Positions 1 to 13,180 of a stretch of 64,000 nucleotides of DNA are shown in pieces (the first letter of the stretch is position 1; each line of letters begins with the position of its first letter). Below the pieces are notes generated by a model, which saw only the letters and a program-made list of their open reading frames with translations, did no database searches and was not told the DNA's origin. The stretch covers positions 14,658,416-14,722,415 of the forward strand of contig NC_057719.1 in assembly GCF_004010195.1 (NCBI RefSeq). Direction: 5' to 3'. The position numbers and the translations under genes were made by a program. This DNA comes from Chiloscyllium plagiosum. Its lineage: Eukaryota.

Positions 1-165
1 CACCTATTGTACTCTATGCTAAGTTCTCCCCACCCCCACTCCCTCTCATTTATCTCTCCACTCTGCAGGCACCCTGCCTCTATTCCTGATGAAGAGCTTT
101 TGCCCGAAATGTCGATTTTCCTGCTCCTTGAATGCTGGCCGACCTGCTGTGCTTTTCCTGCATTT
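1..165 (+). mobile_element. PLE 3'-terminal (pLTR) fragment, family A, with HHR motif at 86-113
   Basis: ttc-CTGATGA-a-gagc-tttt-gccc-GAAA-tgtc followed by ctgctcc..gatgctgcc..cctgctgtgcttttcc; the same sequence ends the PLE at 61709-61882. Confidence 0.75.
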
Positions 166-169
166 TCTA

Positions 170-520
170 CAAGATGCACTGCAGAAATTCACCAAGACGC
201 CTTCGAGAGCACATTTCAAACCCATGACCTCTACCACCTCGAAGCACAAGGGCTGCAGATACCTGGGAATATCATCTGTAAGATCCCCTCCAAGCCATTC
301 ACCAGCATAATTTGGAAATATATCGCCATTCCTTCAGTGTTGCTGGATCAAAATCCTGGAACTGCCTCTCTAAAAACACAGTGGGTTTACCTACACGCAT
401 GAACTGCAGCGGTTGAAAAGATCAGCTCACCAACTACCTTCTCAAGAGCAACTAGGGACGGCCAATAAATGCTGGCCCACCAGGTGATTCACAAATCCCG
501 TGAACTGAATTTAAAAATCA
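170..520 (+). mobile_element. Decayed LINE 3' end (CR1/L2-like) sharing its tail with SINE family 2
   Basis: Ends agggacggccaataaatgctggccc..atcccgtgaactgaattt, the same tail as the SINE copies at 15195-15490 and 43465-43797. Confidence 0.55.
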
Positions 521-984
521 CATTATGATCATGTACAAAAAGTGTCGTATGAATGCGAGAAATGTTTGTAGTATGTTGAAAAATGTTTCAAAATCAAGAC
601 AAGTCAGTGCTATAAAAATGCTCTGGCCTCAGTGGAATATTGGGCATAGCACTTTTGGAAGGAAATCATAGCATTAGAGGCTAGAAATGATTTAGCAGAA
701 TTATCCAGAGATGAGAGGCTATAGTAATATGGACAGATTATAGAAGCTTGGGGTGATTTGCTCATTTAAGAGATGATTAAGAGGAGACTTTTTAGAAAGG
801 TGCAGTCGAGACTGAGCAGACACGAGATACCATTTCCATGGGTGGAAGGTTTGAGAATCTGAAGATATTGATTTACTTAGCATAGACTCTCGTTCTTGAG
901 AGCTTCAAGGTGAATACAGAGTGGACTCCCGGGCTCAGCGTGGACTCCCAGCCTCGAGGCCAATACAGACTTGAAGCTTTGAGG

Positions 985-1325
985 TGAAGCCCAGCGCAGT
1001 CTGGAGGCTAGGCCCAGTACGGTTTGGAGGTAAGGCCCGGTGCAGTCTGGTGGCAGGCCTGATGTGGTCTGGAGGTAAGGCCCAGTATGGCCTGGAGGCA
1101 AGGCCTAGTGTGGTCTGGAGGTGAGGCCCAGAGCAGAATAGAGGTGAGGCTCAGTGCAGTCTGGAGGTAAGATCCAGTGCGGTCTGGAGGCAAAGCCCAA
1201 TGCTGTCTGGAGGTAAGGTCCAGTGCGGTCTGGAAGTGAGGCCCAGTGCGGTGTGGAGAAGAAGCCCTGTGCAGTCTGGAGATAAGGTCCATGCAGTCTG
1301 GAGGCTCAGTGCCAGTATGGCCTGG
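985..1325. repeat. 23-bp minisatellite, about 14 copies
   Basis: Unit ggcccagtgcagtctggaggtaa repeated with substitutions; explains ORFs 877..1101 and 1008..1292. Confidence 0.85.
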
Positions 1326-2454
1326 GTTATTCTGAACTTTTTATTGCTTTATTTTTCTAACTTATTCCCATGACTTTTGTACTTAAGAATCTGTACCTCT
1401 GGACATTCGTACCTAAGATGTCACCATAATTGAAAAACTTTTCATGTGACAATAAAGCTAATTCTAATTCTAACAAAAACATGTTATGCACCTAGAAGGC
1501 AGCACTTAACAGTATGATGAAGAAAGACATATAGTGGGATTGAAAGGAGAATTGGATAAGCACTTTAAGAAAATAAAAGAACTTGCAGGACTGAAGGGAA
1601 AGAGCAACAGAACTGGACTAGCTGAGTTAATTTTATAGGGAACTTATGTGGATACAATCGACTGAATTATGTCCTTCTGAGCTGTAATAATGCTCTGATT
1701 CTATAATTATAAGTTTGAATGCGATTCTACATCAGAACTTGGTTATAAAGTTTTGTTTGAAGAAGACTTTTATTAAACACAAAATGTTGACCCTGGGTTT
1801 CTCTGCTCAGGCACTGCCAGATCTGTTGGGTTTCTCGAGCACTTTCTGTTTATATTTCAGAACTCCAGCATCCACAAGACTTTTATTTGTTTTGATGATA
1901 CCTTATCCTTTCTGAAGCTGTTTAAAAGTAAAATCATTCTTGAACCCAAGACTTTGGCTACTCATACTTTAACCCTCTTTGTCAGCTCAGAGCTCATTTT
2001 TGTGTATTATAATTCTGTGAAGGGATGTGGGCGTCACTGATTGGGTCAGCGTTTATTGCCCATTACCACACCACACTCAGTCTGTCTCTGCGACCTTATC
2101 CATTTCCCTCCAAGTCTCATGCTCTTCTCTTCTCACTATTGCCTGCAACATCTTCCTTCCCTAACTAGCAGCTACCCCAGAGTCTGATGCCACTACCCCT
2201 TCATACCCTCTGTGCTGCCTACTCACTCATTCAGGACCAGCAATTATAGCTGTGCCACCTATGTTTATCCTTCATAATACATGCTTCGCTGCCTCTCTAA
2301 TTGCATGAGGAAAACAGAGCACAATAGCGCAGAAAGACTCAAGATGAGTTGTGTTCTGCCCACCATTTTGCCACAGTCCCTTTCTGAGATGAGGGCCCTG
2401 ACACGTGTTTCCATGATGAAGAGAGCTCAGATAGACAAGAGCTGTAATCATTGG

Positions 2455-2817
2455 AGCAGAGGGGTTTGAGGGGGGTTATAATTACATAGAATTGTGAAAG
2501 GCATAGACTGGGTAGACAGGAAGGAACTTTTCCTTTTGGTAGAGGAATCAATGGCAAGAGGGAATAGATTTAAGGAGAGGGGTGGGACGTTACGAGGATG
2601 TGAGGAAATATGTTTTCACCTAGACAGTGGTAATCTCGAACTCACTGCCTGTAAAGAGGTGCAGAAGCAGGATCCCTCATAACATTAAATAAGTGTTTAA
2701 TTGTGCACTTGCATGACAAGGCTGGGAAATGGGATTAGTATACTTAGGTGCTTGTTTTTGACTGATGTGGACTCAATGGACTGACGAGCCGTTTCCTGTG
2801 TTGTAGACCTCTATGAC
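2455..2817 (+). mobile_element. CR1 LINE 3' fragment
   Basis: Decayed RLRGDLI/KGIDRVD coding end plus 3' UTR ending ctctatga. Confidence 0.75.
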
Positions 2818-2946
2818 AAAGTGAAGACTTCACATGCTGGAGATCAGAGACAAAACAATGTGGCACTGGAAAAGCACAGCAGGTCAGGAAGCTTCTGAGG
2901 AGAAGGAAGGTCAACGTTTTGGGCATAAGCTCTTCATCAGGAATGT
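2818..2946 (-). mobile_element. PLE terminal fragment, family A, with HHR-like motif
   Basis: Reverse complement reads attcctgatgaagagcttatgcccaaaacgttg...cctgacctgctgtgcttttccag. Confidence 0.7.
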
Positions 2947-4004
2947 GTGACTCTATGACTCGATGACTCTGACCACCCTGATTAAGGCCTGGACTGGTAT
3001 TGGAAGCTACTGTTGACTTTAATGTGTAGGCATCCCCTGAGTGACTCCCCTTAACAGATACCTGCTGACAAGCTTTCTGGCTTTGTGTCTGTTTTAAACT
3101 GCAAGGTAAGAAGGCACCATTAGTGTATATCTGGCTGTGGGGCATAAAGCTCTGCAAGACAAGAGATGCTGAGAGCATCCAGGCAGGCTCAGAGTAAGGA
3201 AGTGAAGAGACCAGAGATGCAGCCTTTGTGTAGTCCAGGAGCTGGGGGCATAGTCCTGAGCACACAGTGTCTTTGCTGCAGCAGTACAATGATAGCTGAC
3301 AGCCAGACGGCGATGCAACATGGAAGTGCAGAAATGATCTGTAAGTGAATCAGAGATATGCCGTAGGGTTCGTAGAGGCTGGTACATTAGATGGCAATGT
3401 CTGTGGATGTGGCATGCATGTGATTGGTGCCCATGGAGTATGCCCTGAGGCATTGGCACCTGATTTCCAACATAGAGATCCTTGATGACTTTAGCTTCCA
3501 TGTATCTGCTTTTGCGTCTCTCTGTGTGGACTCTCAATGCGCTGTCACACCATCAAGCAGCAGTTTGTGGCCACACAGGAGACTAATAGATGGAGGTCTG
3601 CACTGACAGCGGGAGCAAGGGGTAGCATTGGGATGTTGCTGATACCTCTGATTCTCTTGGTTGAACATCCCTAATTCTTAGCTCCCTCGATAAGCAAAGG
3701 TTTAGCTACCAAAGAGTTATCCAGAAGTGGCTGTGCCATTGAGGTGCCACATACACAGAGAATCAATGCCAGATGATGTCCAGAGAGTAACCAGCCAACA
3801 TGCCTGTGTGCTGCACCTTTCATAGGCCTGAGACCTAAAGACCATGAGAAATAGGAACAGGAATCGACCATTTGGCTTCTTGAACCTGCTCTGTCATTCA
3901 ATATGATCAACATGATCCTGCATTCCTCATGTCCACTTTCCTGCCCTTTCCCTTGATTGCCCAACTGGTCAAGAACCCATATCAGCTTAAATATACACAA
4001 TGAG

Positions 4005-4540
4005 TCATCTTGAGGTTGTACAGGACATTAGTGAGGCCTCTTCTGTAGTACTATGTCCAGTTCTGGTCATCCTGTTATAGATAGGGTCGTTGTTATTAAG
4101 CAAGAGAGGACTCAGAAGAGATTTACCAGGATGTTTCTGAGTAAAGAAGTTTTGAGTTATTAAGAAAGGCTGAATAGGCTGGGACCATTTTTTCACTGGA
4201 GCATAGGAGGTTGAGAAGTGACCTTATAGTGATTTATGACATCATGATATGATTAATGGTGAGTGTCTTTTCCCTGGGATGGGGTATTTCAAGACTGGAG
4301 GGCATATTTATAAGGTGAAAGGAGAGATTTAAAAAAGGCATGGGGGCAACTATTTTTTACATGTTCTATGAAAGTGAGGAAGCAGTGAATCAGGCACAGT
4401 TACAATGTTTAAAAGGTACTTAGATAAGTAGATGAACAGGGAAGGTTTGGAGGGATGTGGAGCTTAGCTTGGGATTATGTTCAGCATGGACTAGTTGGAC
4501 CAAAGGGTGTGTTTCTGTTCTGTATGACTCGATGACTCTG
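4005..4540 (+). mobile_element. CR1 LINE 3' fragment
   Basis: Decayed ORF2 C-terminus (VQFWSP/ERLNRLG-like) and (tatgactc)n tail. Confidence 0.8.
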
Positions 4541-5045
4541 CCCCCACAAAGCTCTGTGGTAAGGAGTTCCAAAGATTATCAGAGAGAAGAAATTCCTCCT
4601 TATTTCAGTCTTAAATTGGTGCTCCTGTATTTTGAGACTATGCCCTCTGGTCCTAGACTCTCCCATGGTGGGGGAAACATCCTCATAGTATTTACCTTGT
4701 CAAGTCCTTTAAGAATCCTTTATGTTTTAATGAGATCACCTATTATTCTTCTAAACTCCAGTGAGTAAACTCTTAACCTATTTGATCTCTGTTCGAAAGA
4801 CGTTCCCTCCGTAGCGGGGATCATCCCAGTGAACCTTCTCAGAGCTGCCTCCAATTAAAAGATATCTTTCCTCACATAAGGGGACCAAAACTGCTCACTA
4901 TCCACCAGATGTGATCTCACCAGCACCTTGCACAATTGCGGTAAAACATTCCTCCTCCTATACTCCAACTCAAAACAAAACAAAATAAGGGCCAACATTC
5001 CATTAACCTTCCTAATGTTTCATGTATAAGTCTCCCCAAGTCTCT
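4541..5045 (-). mobile_element. Older CR1-type LINE fragment
   Basis: ORF 4481..4666 GESRTRGHSLKI..FKTEIRRNFFS is the typical CR1 ORF2 C-terminus. Confidence 0.7.
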
Positions 5046-5210
5046 TTGTGTTGATTCCAACATTTTCCAACAATATCTGTAAGGATAACAGCCCGTGGTT
5101 AACTGTTTTAATGCCTCCCTCCCATTAATTTCCTCCACTACTCCTAGCCTAGATTTTTCAAAATAATTTTCTAAATTTGTCTTTTACACATTAAAAACCT
5201 AATTTATGAA

Positions 5211-5530
5211 AGATTAGATTAGATTAGATTACTTACAGTGTGGAAACAGGCCCTTCGGCCCAACAAGTCCACACCGCCCCGCCGAAGCGCAACCCACCCA
5301 TACCCCTACATTTACCCTTTACCTAACACTACGGGCAATTTAGCATGGCCAATTCACCTGACCTGCACATCTTTGGACTGTGGGAGGAAACCGGAGCACC
5401 CGGAGGAAACCCACGCAGACACAGGGAGAACGTGCAAACTCCACACAGTCAGTCGCCTGAGGCGGGAATTGAACCCGGGTCTCTGGCGCTGTGAGGCAGC
5501 AGTGCTAACCACTGTGCCACTGTGCCGCCC
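5211..5530 (-). mobile_element. HE1-type tRNA-derived SINE, well preserved
   Basis: Minus strand: A box TGGCACAGTGG, B box GGTTCAATTCC, central tgtgtggagtttgcacgttctccc domain, CR1-like tail ending (ctaat)n. Confidence 0.9.
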
Positions 5531-6044
5531 ACAGATCAGCTCTCAAATGCATCTTTTCAACGAACTGTGAAAACAATTTAACTGAATGGTAAGTGGACAG
5601 AAAGAGATTAACTATGCTGTTCCCTTTTAAAAGCCTAATGTTCAATTGTTGGTACAGCCCACTCCCTCACAGTTTAAGCCACTTACTCTTCTCACTTTAA
5701 CTGTGGACGCCAGACATTTTCATCCGCATTGTCCACCTAATTTCCAGCACAATGTGAGGTGACAGTGAGAGTCCGCCTTTCAATGGTTTCCAACCAGAAC
5801 CTGATGGTGAGCCCCAAAATATCCACAACCCTTTCCAGTGGGTCATCCCATCTACCCTATAACATATCCCCCTTCCCAATGTCCTAACGCAACTCATCTA
5901 TGTTCACCTACACCTGCCTACCCATTCTCATTCAGTCTCTGGCATAGGAGCCAACTGTGCTGGAGTGGTCATTGACTTGAAATCAGGGTCTCGCTGACGG
6001 TGAACAAATGCCCCCTGCCACATTGAATCCGTCCTGACCATACT

Positions 6045-9000
6045 AAACCCCTTTCACTACTGTACTGTACCCCGTTCACCATTGTACTGCACCCCTTTCA
6101 CCACTGTACTGTACTCTTTTCACCACAGTACTGTACCTCTTTCACCACTGTACTGTACCCCGTTCACCATTGTACTGCACCCCTTTCACCACTGTACTGT
6201 ACCCCTTTCACCACTGTACTGTACTCCTTTCACCACTGTACTGTACCCCTTTCACCACTATACTGTACTCCTTTCACCACAGTACTGTACCCCTTTCACC
6301 ACTATACTGTACCCCTTTCACCACAGTACTGTACTCCTTTCACCATTGTACTGTACCCCTTTCACCACTGTACTGTACTGCTTTCACCACTGTACTGTAC
6401 CCCTTTCACCACTGTACTGTGCCCATTTCACCACTATACTGTTCCCCTTTCACCACTGTACTGTACTCCTTTCACCACTATACTGTACCCCTTTCACCAC
6501 TGTACTGTATTCCTTTCACCACTGTACTGTACCACTTTCACCACTGTCCTGTATCCCTTTCACAACTGTAAGCACCCCATTTCACCATTGCACTGTACCC
6601 CTTTTACCATTGTACTGTACCCCTTTCACAACTGTACTGTACCCCTTTCACCACTGTCATGTACCCCTTTCACTACTGTATTGTACCCCCTTTTACCATT
6701 GCATGTACCCCTTTCACTACTGTACTGCACCCGTTTCACCACAGTATTGCACCCATTTCACCACTGTACTGTACCCCTTTCACTACTGTACCCTTTTACC
6801 ATTGCATTGTACCCCTCTCACCACTGTACTGCAGCCCTTTCTCTACTGTACTGTACCTCTTTTACCATTGTACTGTACCCTTTTCACCATTGTACTCTCC
6901 CCCTTTCACCACTGTACTGTACCCCTTTCACCACTGTACTTCACCTCTTTCACAGTTGTACTGTATCCTTTCACCAGTGTACTGTACCCCTTTCACCATT
7001 TACTATAAGCCTTTCACCACTATACTATACCTCTTTCACCACTGTACTGTACCCCTTTCACAATTTACTGTAAGCCTTTCACCACGATATTATACCTCTT
7101 TCACCATTGTACTGTACCCCTTTCACCACTATACTGTACCCTTTTCACCATTGTGCTGGACCGCTTTCACCACTGTACTGTACCCCTTTCACCACTGTAC
7201 TGTACTGCTTTCACCACTGTACTGTACCCCTTTCACCACTGTACTGTATTCCTTTCACCACTGTACTGTACCACTTTCACCACTGTCCTGTATCCCTTTC
7301 ACAACTGTAAGCACCCCATTTCACCATTGCACTGTACCCCTTTTACCATTGTACTGTACCCCTTTCACAACTGTACTGTACCCCTTTCACCACTGTACTT
7401 CACCTCTTTCACAGTTGTACTGTATCCTTTCACCAGTGTACTGTACCCCTTTCACCATTTACTATAAGCCTTTCACCACTATACTATACCTCTTTCACCA
7501 CTGTACTGTACCCCTTTCACCACTATACTGTACCCTTTTCACCATTGTGCTGGACCCCTTTCACCATTGTACTGTACCCCTTTCACTACTGTCCTGTACA
7601 CCTTTCACCATTGCACTATAACCCTTTTACCACTAGACTGTACCCCTTACACTACTGTACTGTACTCCTTTTACCATTGCACTGCATCCCTTTCACCACT
7701 GTACTACACCCCTTTCACCACTGTACTGTACCCCTATCACCACTGTACTGTACCCCTTTCACCATTGTACTCTACCCCTTTCACCATCGTACTGTATCCC
7801 TTTCGCCACTGGACTATACCCCTTTCACCATTCTACTGTACTGTATCCCTTTCACTACTGTACTGTATCCCTTTCACTACTGTACTGTACCCTTTTCACC
7901 ATTGTACTGCACACCTTTCACTACTGTACTGTACCCCTTTCACCATTGTACTCTACCCCTTTCACCACTGCACTGTACCCCTTTCACCATTGTACTCTAC
8001 CCCTTTCACCACTGCACCGTACCCCTTTCACCATTGTGCTCTACCCCTTTCACCATCGTAGTGTATCCCTTTCGCCACTGGACTATACCCCTTTCACCAT
8101 TCTACTGTACTGTATCCCTTTCACTACTGTACTGTATCCCTTTCACTACTGTACTGTATCCCTTTCACCACTGTACTGTACCCTTTTCACCATTGTACTG
8201 CACACCTTTCACTACTGTACTGCACCCCTTTCACCATTGTACTCTACCCCTTTCACCACTGCACTGTACCCCTTTCACCACTGTACTGTACCCCTTTCAC
8301 CACTATACTGTTCCCCTTTCACCACTGTACTGTACCTCTTTCACCACTGTACTGTACTCCTTTCACCACTGCACTGTAACCCTTTCACCACTACTGTACC
8401 CATTTCACCATTGTACTGCACCCCTTTCACCACTGTACTGTTCCCCTTTCACCACTGTACTTTACCCCTTTCACCACTGTACTGCACCCCTTTCACCACT
8501 GTACTGCACACCTTTCGCCACTGTACTGTACCCCTTTCACCACTGTACTGCACACCTTTCACCACTGTACTGTACCCCTTTCACCACTATACTGTTCCCC
8601 TTTCACCACTGTACTGTACCTCTTTCACCACTACTGTACCCTTTACACCATTGTACTGCACACCTTTCACTACTGTACTGTACCCCTTTCACCATTGTAC
8701 TGCACCCCTTTCACCACTGTACTGTACACCTTTCACCACTGTACTGCACCCCTTTCACCACTGTACTGTTCCACTTTCACCATTGTACTGTACCCCTTTC
8801 ACCACTATATTGTTCCCCTTTCACCACTGTACTGTTCCCCTTTCACCACTGTACTGTATCCCTTTCACTATTGTACTGCACCCGTTTCACCACTGTACTG
8901 TACCCCTTTCACCACTACACTATACCCTTTCACCATTGTACTGCACCCCTTTCACCACTGTACTGTACCCCTTTCACCACCGCACTGTACCCTTTCACCA

Positions 9001-9262
9001 TTGTACTGCACCCCTTTCACCACTATATTGTTCCCCTTTCACCACTGTACTGTTCCCCTTTCACCACTGTACTGTATCCCTTTCACTATTGTACTGCACC
9101 CGTTTCACCACTGTACTGTATCCCTTTCACTATTGTACTGCACCCGTTTCACCACTGTACTGTACCCCTTTCACCACTACACTATACCCTTTCACCATTG
9201 TACTGCACCCCTTTCACCACTGCACTGTTCCCCTTTCACCATTGTCCTGCACCCCTTCCCCC
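6045..9262. repeat. 22-bp satellite/minisatellite array, about 3.2 kb
   Basis: Unit ctgtactgtacccctttcacca repeated roughly 145 times (length divided by unit) with variants. Confidence 0.97.
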
Positions 9263-9454
9263 AATTCTGAAGTCTCTGCTGCTGAGGCTGCATTTGCTCT
9301 GACCCCTTAATTTCTCTGGTTGGACCAGACAGTGTGACCATGGCCCAACCCTTGACCAAAATGACCTGAGAACCCCAGGCATGACATGTTGCACTGCTAG
9401 TGTGTCTAGATCCAATGCATCTCCCTGACTGAATTAATCTTACAACCTCAGCCT

Positions 9455-9560
9455 CCGTTCTGACGAAGAGTCACTTAACTCAAAATATTAACTCTCTTTT
9501 CCTTTACAAATGCGGCAAGATCTGCTGTGTTTTTCCAACACTTTCTGTTTTTGTTTCTAG
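9455..9560 (+). mobile_element. PLE terminal fragment, family C, degenerate HHR at 9457-9492
   Basis: gtt-CTGACGA-a-gagtc-actt-aactc-aaaa-tatt-aac then ..gatctgctgtgtttttccaac. Confidence 0.6.
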
Positions 9561-9744
9561 TATATTCTCTCCAGTATGAAAATCCAAAGTCCAGAAATAC
9601 CAATTACCTGTAAATTGTTTAAACAGACACCAATGACCCACAGATTCTCTATTCAATTGTTTGCACACTGAATTTGAGAAGGTGTAGCTTCACCTGATCT
9701 TTGCGCTGGGTCAGAAAATGGTGGCTATTTCAAGTATTGGTGTT

Positions 9745-10085
9745 TCTGGCCAACAGTAGTAGTACCATTGGATTGTTAATCTAGACACCTGGCTGATGTT
9801 CTGGGGAGTGTGGTTTTAAATCCTGCCATGGCAAATGGTGTAATTTGTATTCAATAACAATTTGTATTTCAGGTTCTCCTGATGACTATGAAACCATTGT
9901 TGATTGTTGGGAAAACCCACCTGGTTCACTCATGTCCTTCAGGGAAGGAAACTGCTATCCTTATTTGCTTTGGCCTACATGTTACTTCAGTCCCACAGCA
10001 AAGTGGTTGACTCTTAATTACCCTCTGGGCAATTAGCGATGAGCAATAAATAGTGGCCTGGCCAAGACACCCTCATTCTAAAAAT
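9745..10085 (+). mobile_element. SINE family 2 (tRNA-like head, LINE-derived tail)
   Basis: Shared gatgactatgaaaccattgttgattg / agggaaggaaactgc / ctctgggcaattag blocks; other copies at 15195, 26810 and 43465. Confidence 0.7.
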
Positions 10086-11046
10086 GCAGCACAGATTTAT
10101 AAAGTTAATTGTTTTCTGCCTCTCATTGTCTGTCTCTGCCAGTCTACATCTACGTCCCTCTTAACCTAATTCTTAATGGCTCACTTGGATGCAGTCTCTT
10201 TCTCTGACCCTCTCTGTTGGTCTTGCTCTTTGGCAAGCTACTTCTGTCTGTTTCTGTCAGTGTCCCTCTTTTGCTATCTGCAATTTTCTCCATCCGTCTG
10301 ACTCTCGCTCTCTCCCTTCCTCTTGCAAATTCACTCTCTGGATCCCAGGGCGGAAACATGTAAGATCCAATCTTTGGACAATCAAAACATTTTTTATTCC
10401 TGTTTTCATAATGGTTATCAAAGCTTTATATTCATGTTTATAACTTAGACGTGTTCTGGTTCATACACTAGGTGGTAAGGCATTTGAATGTCATTATATA
10501 AAGCAGACAAAATCAGAATTCGCTTGGTCCCAAGCATTCAGAACATTAGACGTTATAGAGCACAATCGGATCTCCCTCAATGTTATTCAGATGATTGAAG
10601 GGATATGCTGATTCATAATGAAGGAGTTTTGGGACCAACATTTTCTTTATTCTTATTAGCACTGAGTTATGGTGACAGGATACATCACATTCCATTTGGT
10701 TGCATGATATCAGGGGACTTTAGAGAACATTGACACTTGTGTACTGGCCAAAATATGACATCTAAAGTGTAGTATCTGATGTTTGGCTGGAATTAAATGT
10801 TATATTCACTGAAAGTGTACGTTGCATGGATAGATCATGGAAAATGTGAGGCAAAAAGTTCTTCGATCTGATAGGCTTTTTACCCTCAGCAGTTAAAATA
10901 ACAGATTAACAGGCTTCTGGATAAATGCTTCACACTTAGATATAATTGTCTATTATAAATATACAATGTATATCTTAAGTAGTTAGATATATTGCTTTTC
11001 ATAATCCCACAGCTGTCAGGAATATATGCTTAGCAGGTATTGGAAT

Positions 11047-11553
11047 AGAGTTATAGAGGCATGGAGATGTACAGATGGAAACAGACCTTTTATTCCAACT
11101 TGTCCTTGCCAAGAAGATATCCTATATTAATCTAGACCCGTTTGCCAACATTTGGCCCATATCCCGCTAACCCTTTCCTATTCATGTACCCATTCAGAAG
11201 TCTTTTAAATTTTATCAGTCTCCACCATTTCCTTTAGCAGCATATTCCATACACACACCATCCTCTGTGTGAAAAAGTTGCCCCTGAGGTCCCTTTCATA
11301 TCTTTTCCCTCTCACCTTAAACCTATACCCTCGAGTTCTCTACTCCCCTACCCTGGGACAAAGACTTTGGCTCTTCACCCTATCTATGCCCCTCATGATT
11401 TTACAAACCTCACCAAGGTCATCCCACAGCCTCCAATGCTCCAGGGGGAGAAGCCCCAGCCTATTCAGCCTCTCCCTGTAGCTCAAACCCTCCAACTCCA
11501 GCAACATCCATGCAAATCTTTTCTACACCCTTTCAAGTTCAACAACATCTTTC
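11047..11553 (-). mobile_element. CR1 (HER1-like) LINE 3' fragment
   Basis: Closely similar to the reverse complement of 63040-63527. Confidence 0.85.
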
Positions 11554-12769
11554 TGATTTCAATCATCAGTGTAATTAAATTCTCAAAAGAATAAAAAGAG
11601 GGCATGTGTTACCTTTTCTATGCTGCATTGACAAAATACACATTAATGTAACAGAAATATCTGTTGCAAACTCGCTAATACCAAACTGTTTACAAATTGC
11701 AGCACACATGCAAGTCTCGACCTGAAAGGTTGTATCCTGTACAATCATCAAGTGAACCTATTACATTCTGAAAACGAAGAATTATTCTAAACTTTTATAA
11801 GTCACCATGCAATACCACCTTTATGTCATTACACAGAAGGTAGACTTTCATTATGGGCATCAAGTGGGCATAATATTGGTAACATGCCAACCCAATGCAG
11901 CATTAACAGGGTAAGGCACTTTCAATTTTCTTTTTAACTTAACCTAGTTTTTTAATCAAACTGTTCAGAGATGTTATCACACACCTCTGGAGCAGGTGGG
12001 AATTGAACCCAGATCCCCTGGTTCAGGACAGACCACAAGAGGTCCACAAGTCACTTTTAATTCAGACTTTTTAAAAATGAGTAACAGGTGTCAAATAGTG
12101 TAGTTGACCAGGGAATCCTCAGGGAAAATCTCCCAACTGTAACTCAGCAGTTAACCAGCCAGCAGGTTAGGTTTGTTTTGGTATGGGTCAGGATTGAGAA
12201 AGGGCTGTAGTGATCTGGAAGACACTTTGGGATACAGAAAGTTATGTGTACCCGAATTGTTGCCTGTAGAAAAGATGGTAACTTTTGCCATAGAGTATAA
12301 CCATTTACAATACCAAAGATCAGGGTTAAGCTATTTTTCTTACTAAATGTGTAATAATCAAATCTTCTAAGAATTTGCTTTAGTCTCATATTTCATTAAC
12401 TTTCCTACTTAAAGGTGACATTAGAACACCAGAGGGAGCCGGCAGAGTTTGAGTGTTGTGGAGAGCAAGTCGTATTATCAGAAAGAGGACTATCTTCAGT
12501 GAACTTTGCAACATGACGATCAAATATCACAAAGAAGAGTTTTATCAAACTTCTATGTGTTCGTCAAAAAGTTGATGCAGCGAAGTAACCTGCCTCAACG
12601 CAAAAAAGATTCAAAATGCCATGTAGCAAAACAAATGCCCCAAGTGGTGGAGATTGCAGGGACTCGACAACAACAACTTGTGTTTATACAGCTCTATTAA
12701 CCTGGTTAAAAATGACCACATGCTTCATAGTGACATTAGGAAACAAAATTTGCCAACAAGAAAATATTG

Positions 12770-13180
12770 GGACAGGCCCTTCGGTCCAGCCAGTCCATGT
12801 CGAACATTATCCCAAACTCAACTAGTCCCACCAGCCTGCTCCTGGCCCATATCCCTCCAAACCTTTCCCATTCGTGTAATTATCTACGTGTCTTTTAAAT
12901 GTTATAACTGTGCCTGCATTCATCATTTCCACACGTGAACCACCCTCTCTGTAAAAAAATTTCCCTCATGTCTTTTTTTAAAATCTCTCTCCTCTCACCT
13001 TAAAAATATGCCCACTGGTGAAAAAAATCCCAGTTGGATAAGTACATGAAGAGGCAAGGTTTGGAGGGATATGGGCTAAGCACAGGCAAGTGGGACTAGT
13101 TTAGTTTGGGATTGTGGTTGGCATGGTCTGGTTGGGCTGAAGGACCTGTTTCTGGGCTGTATGACTCTGTGACTCTATGT
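12770..13180. mobile_element. Two opposed CR1 3'-end fragments
   Basis: 12770-13015 is minus-strand 3' UTR; 13035-13180 is plus-strand 3' UTR with tatgactctgtgactctatg tail. Confidence 0.65.

Noticed and set aside
2980..3800. Possible Harbinger-derived fossil (also 5700-6040, 12420-12600 and 13800-14400)
   Set aside because: Only a vague resemblance; no diagnostic motif could be read, so it needs a profile search
5455..5530. tRNA gene
   Set aside because: The A and B boxes belong to the HE1 SINE head and run on into SINE body; the same applies to the other copies
6045..9262. CRISPR-like array
   Set aside because: Units are contiguous with no unique spacers, there are no cas genes, and the context is vertebrate
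6082..9310. Long Cys/His/Pro-rich ORFs up to 585 aa
   Set aside because: They are translations of a stop-free 22-bp repeat that is open in all three plus frames; indels do not preserve frame
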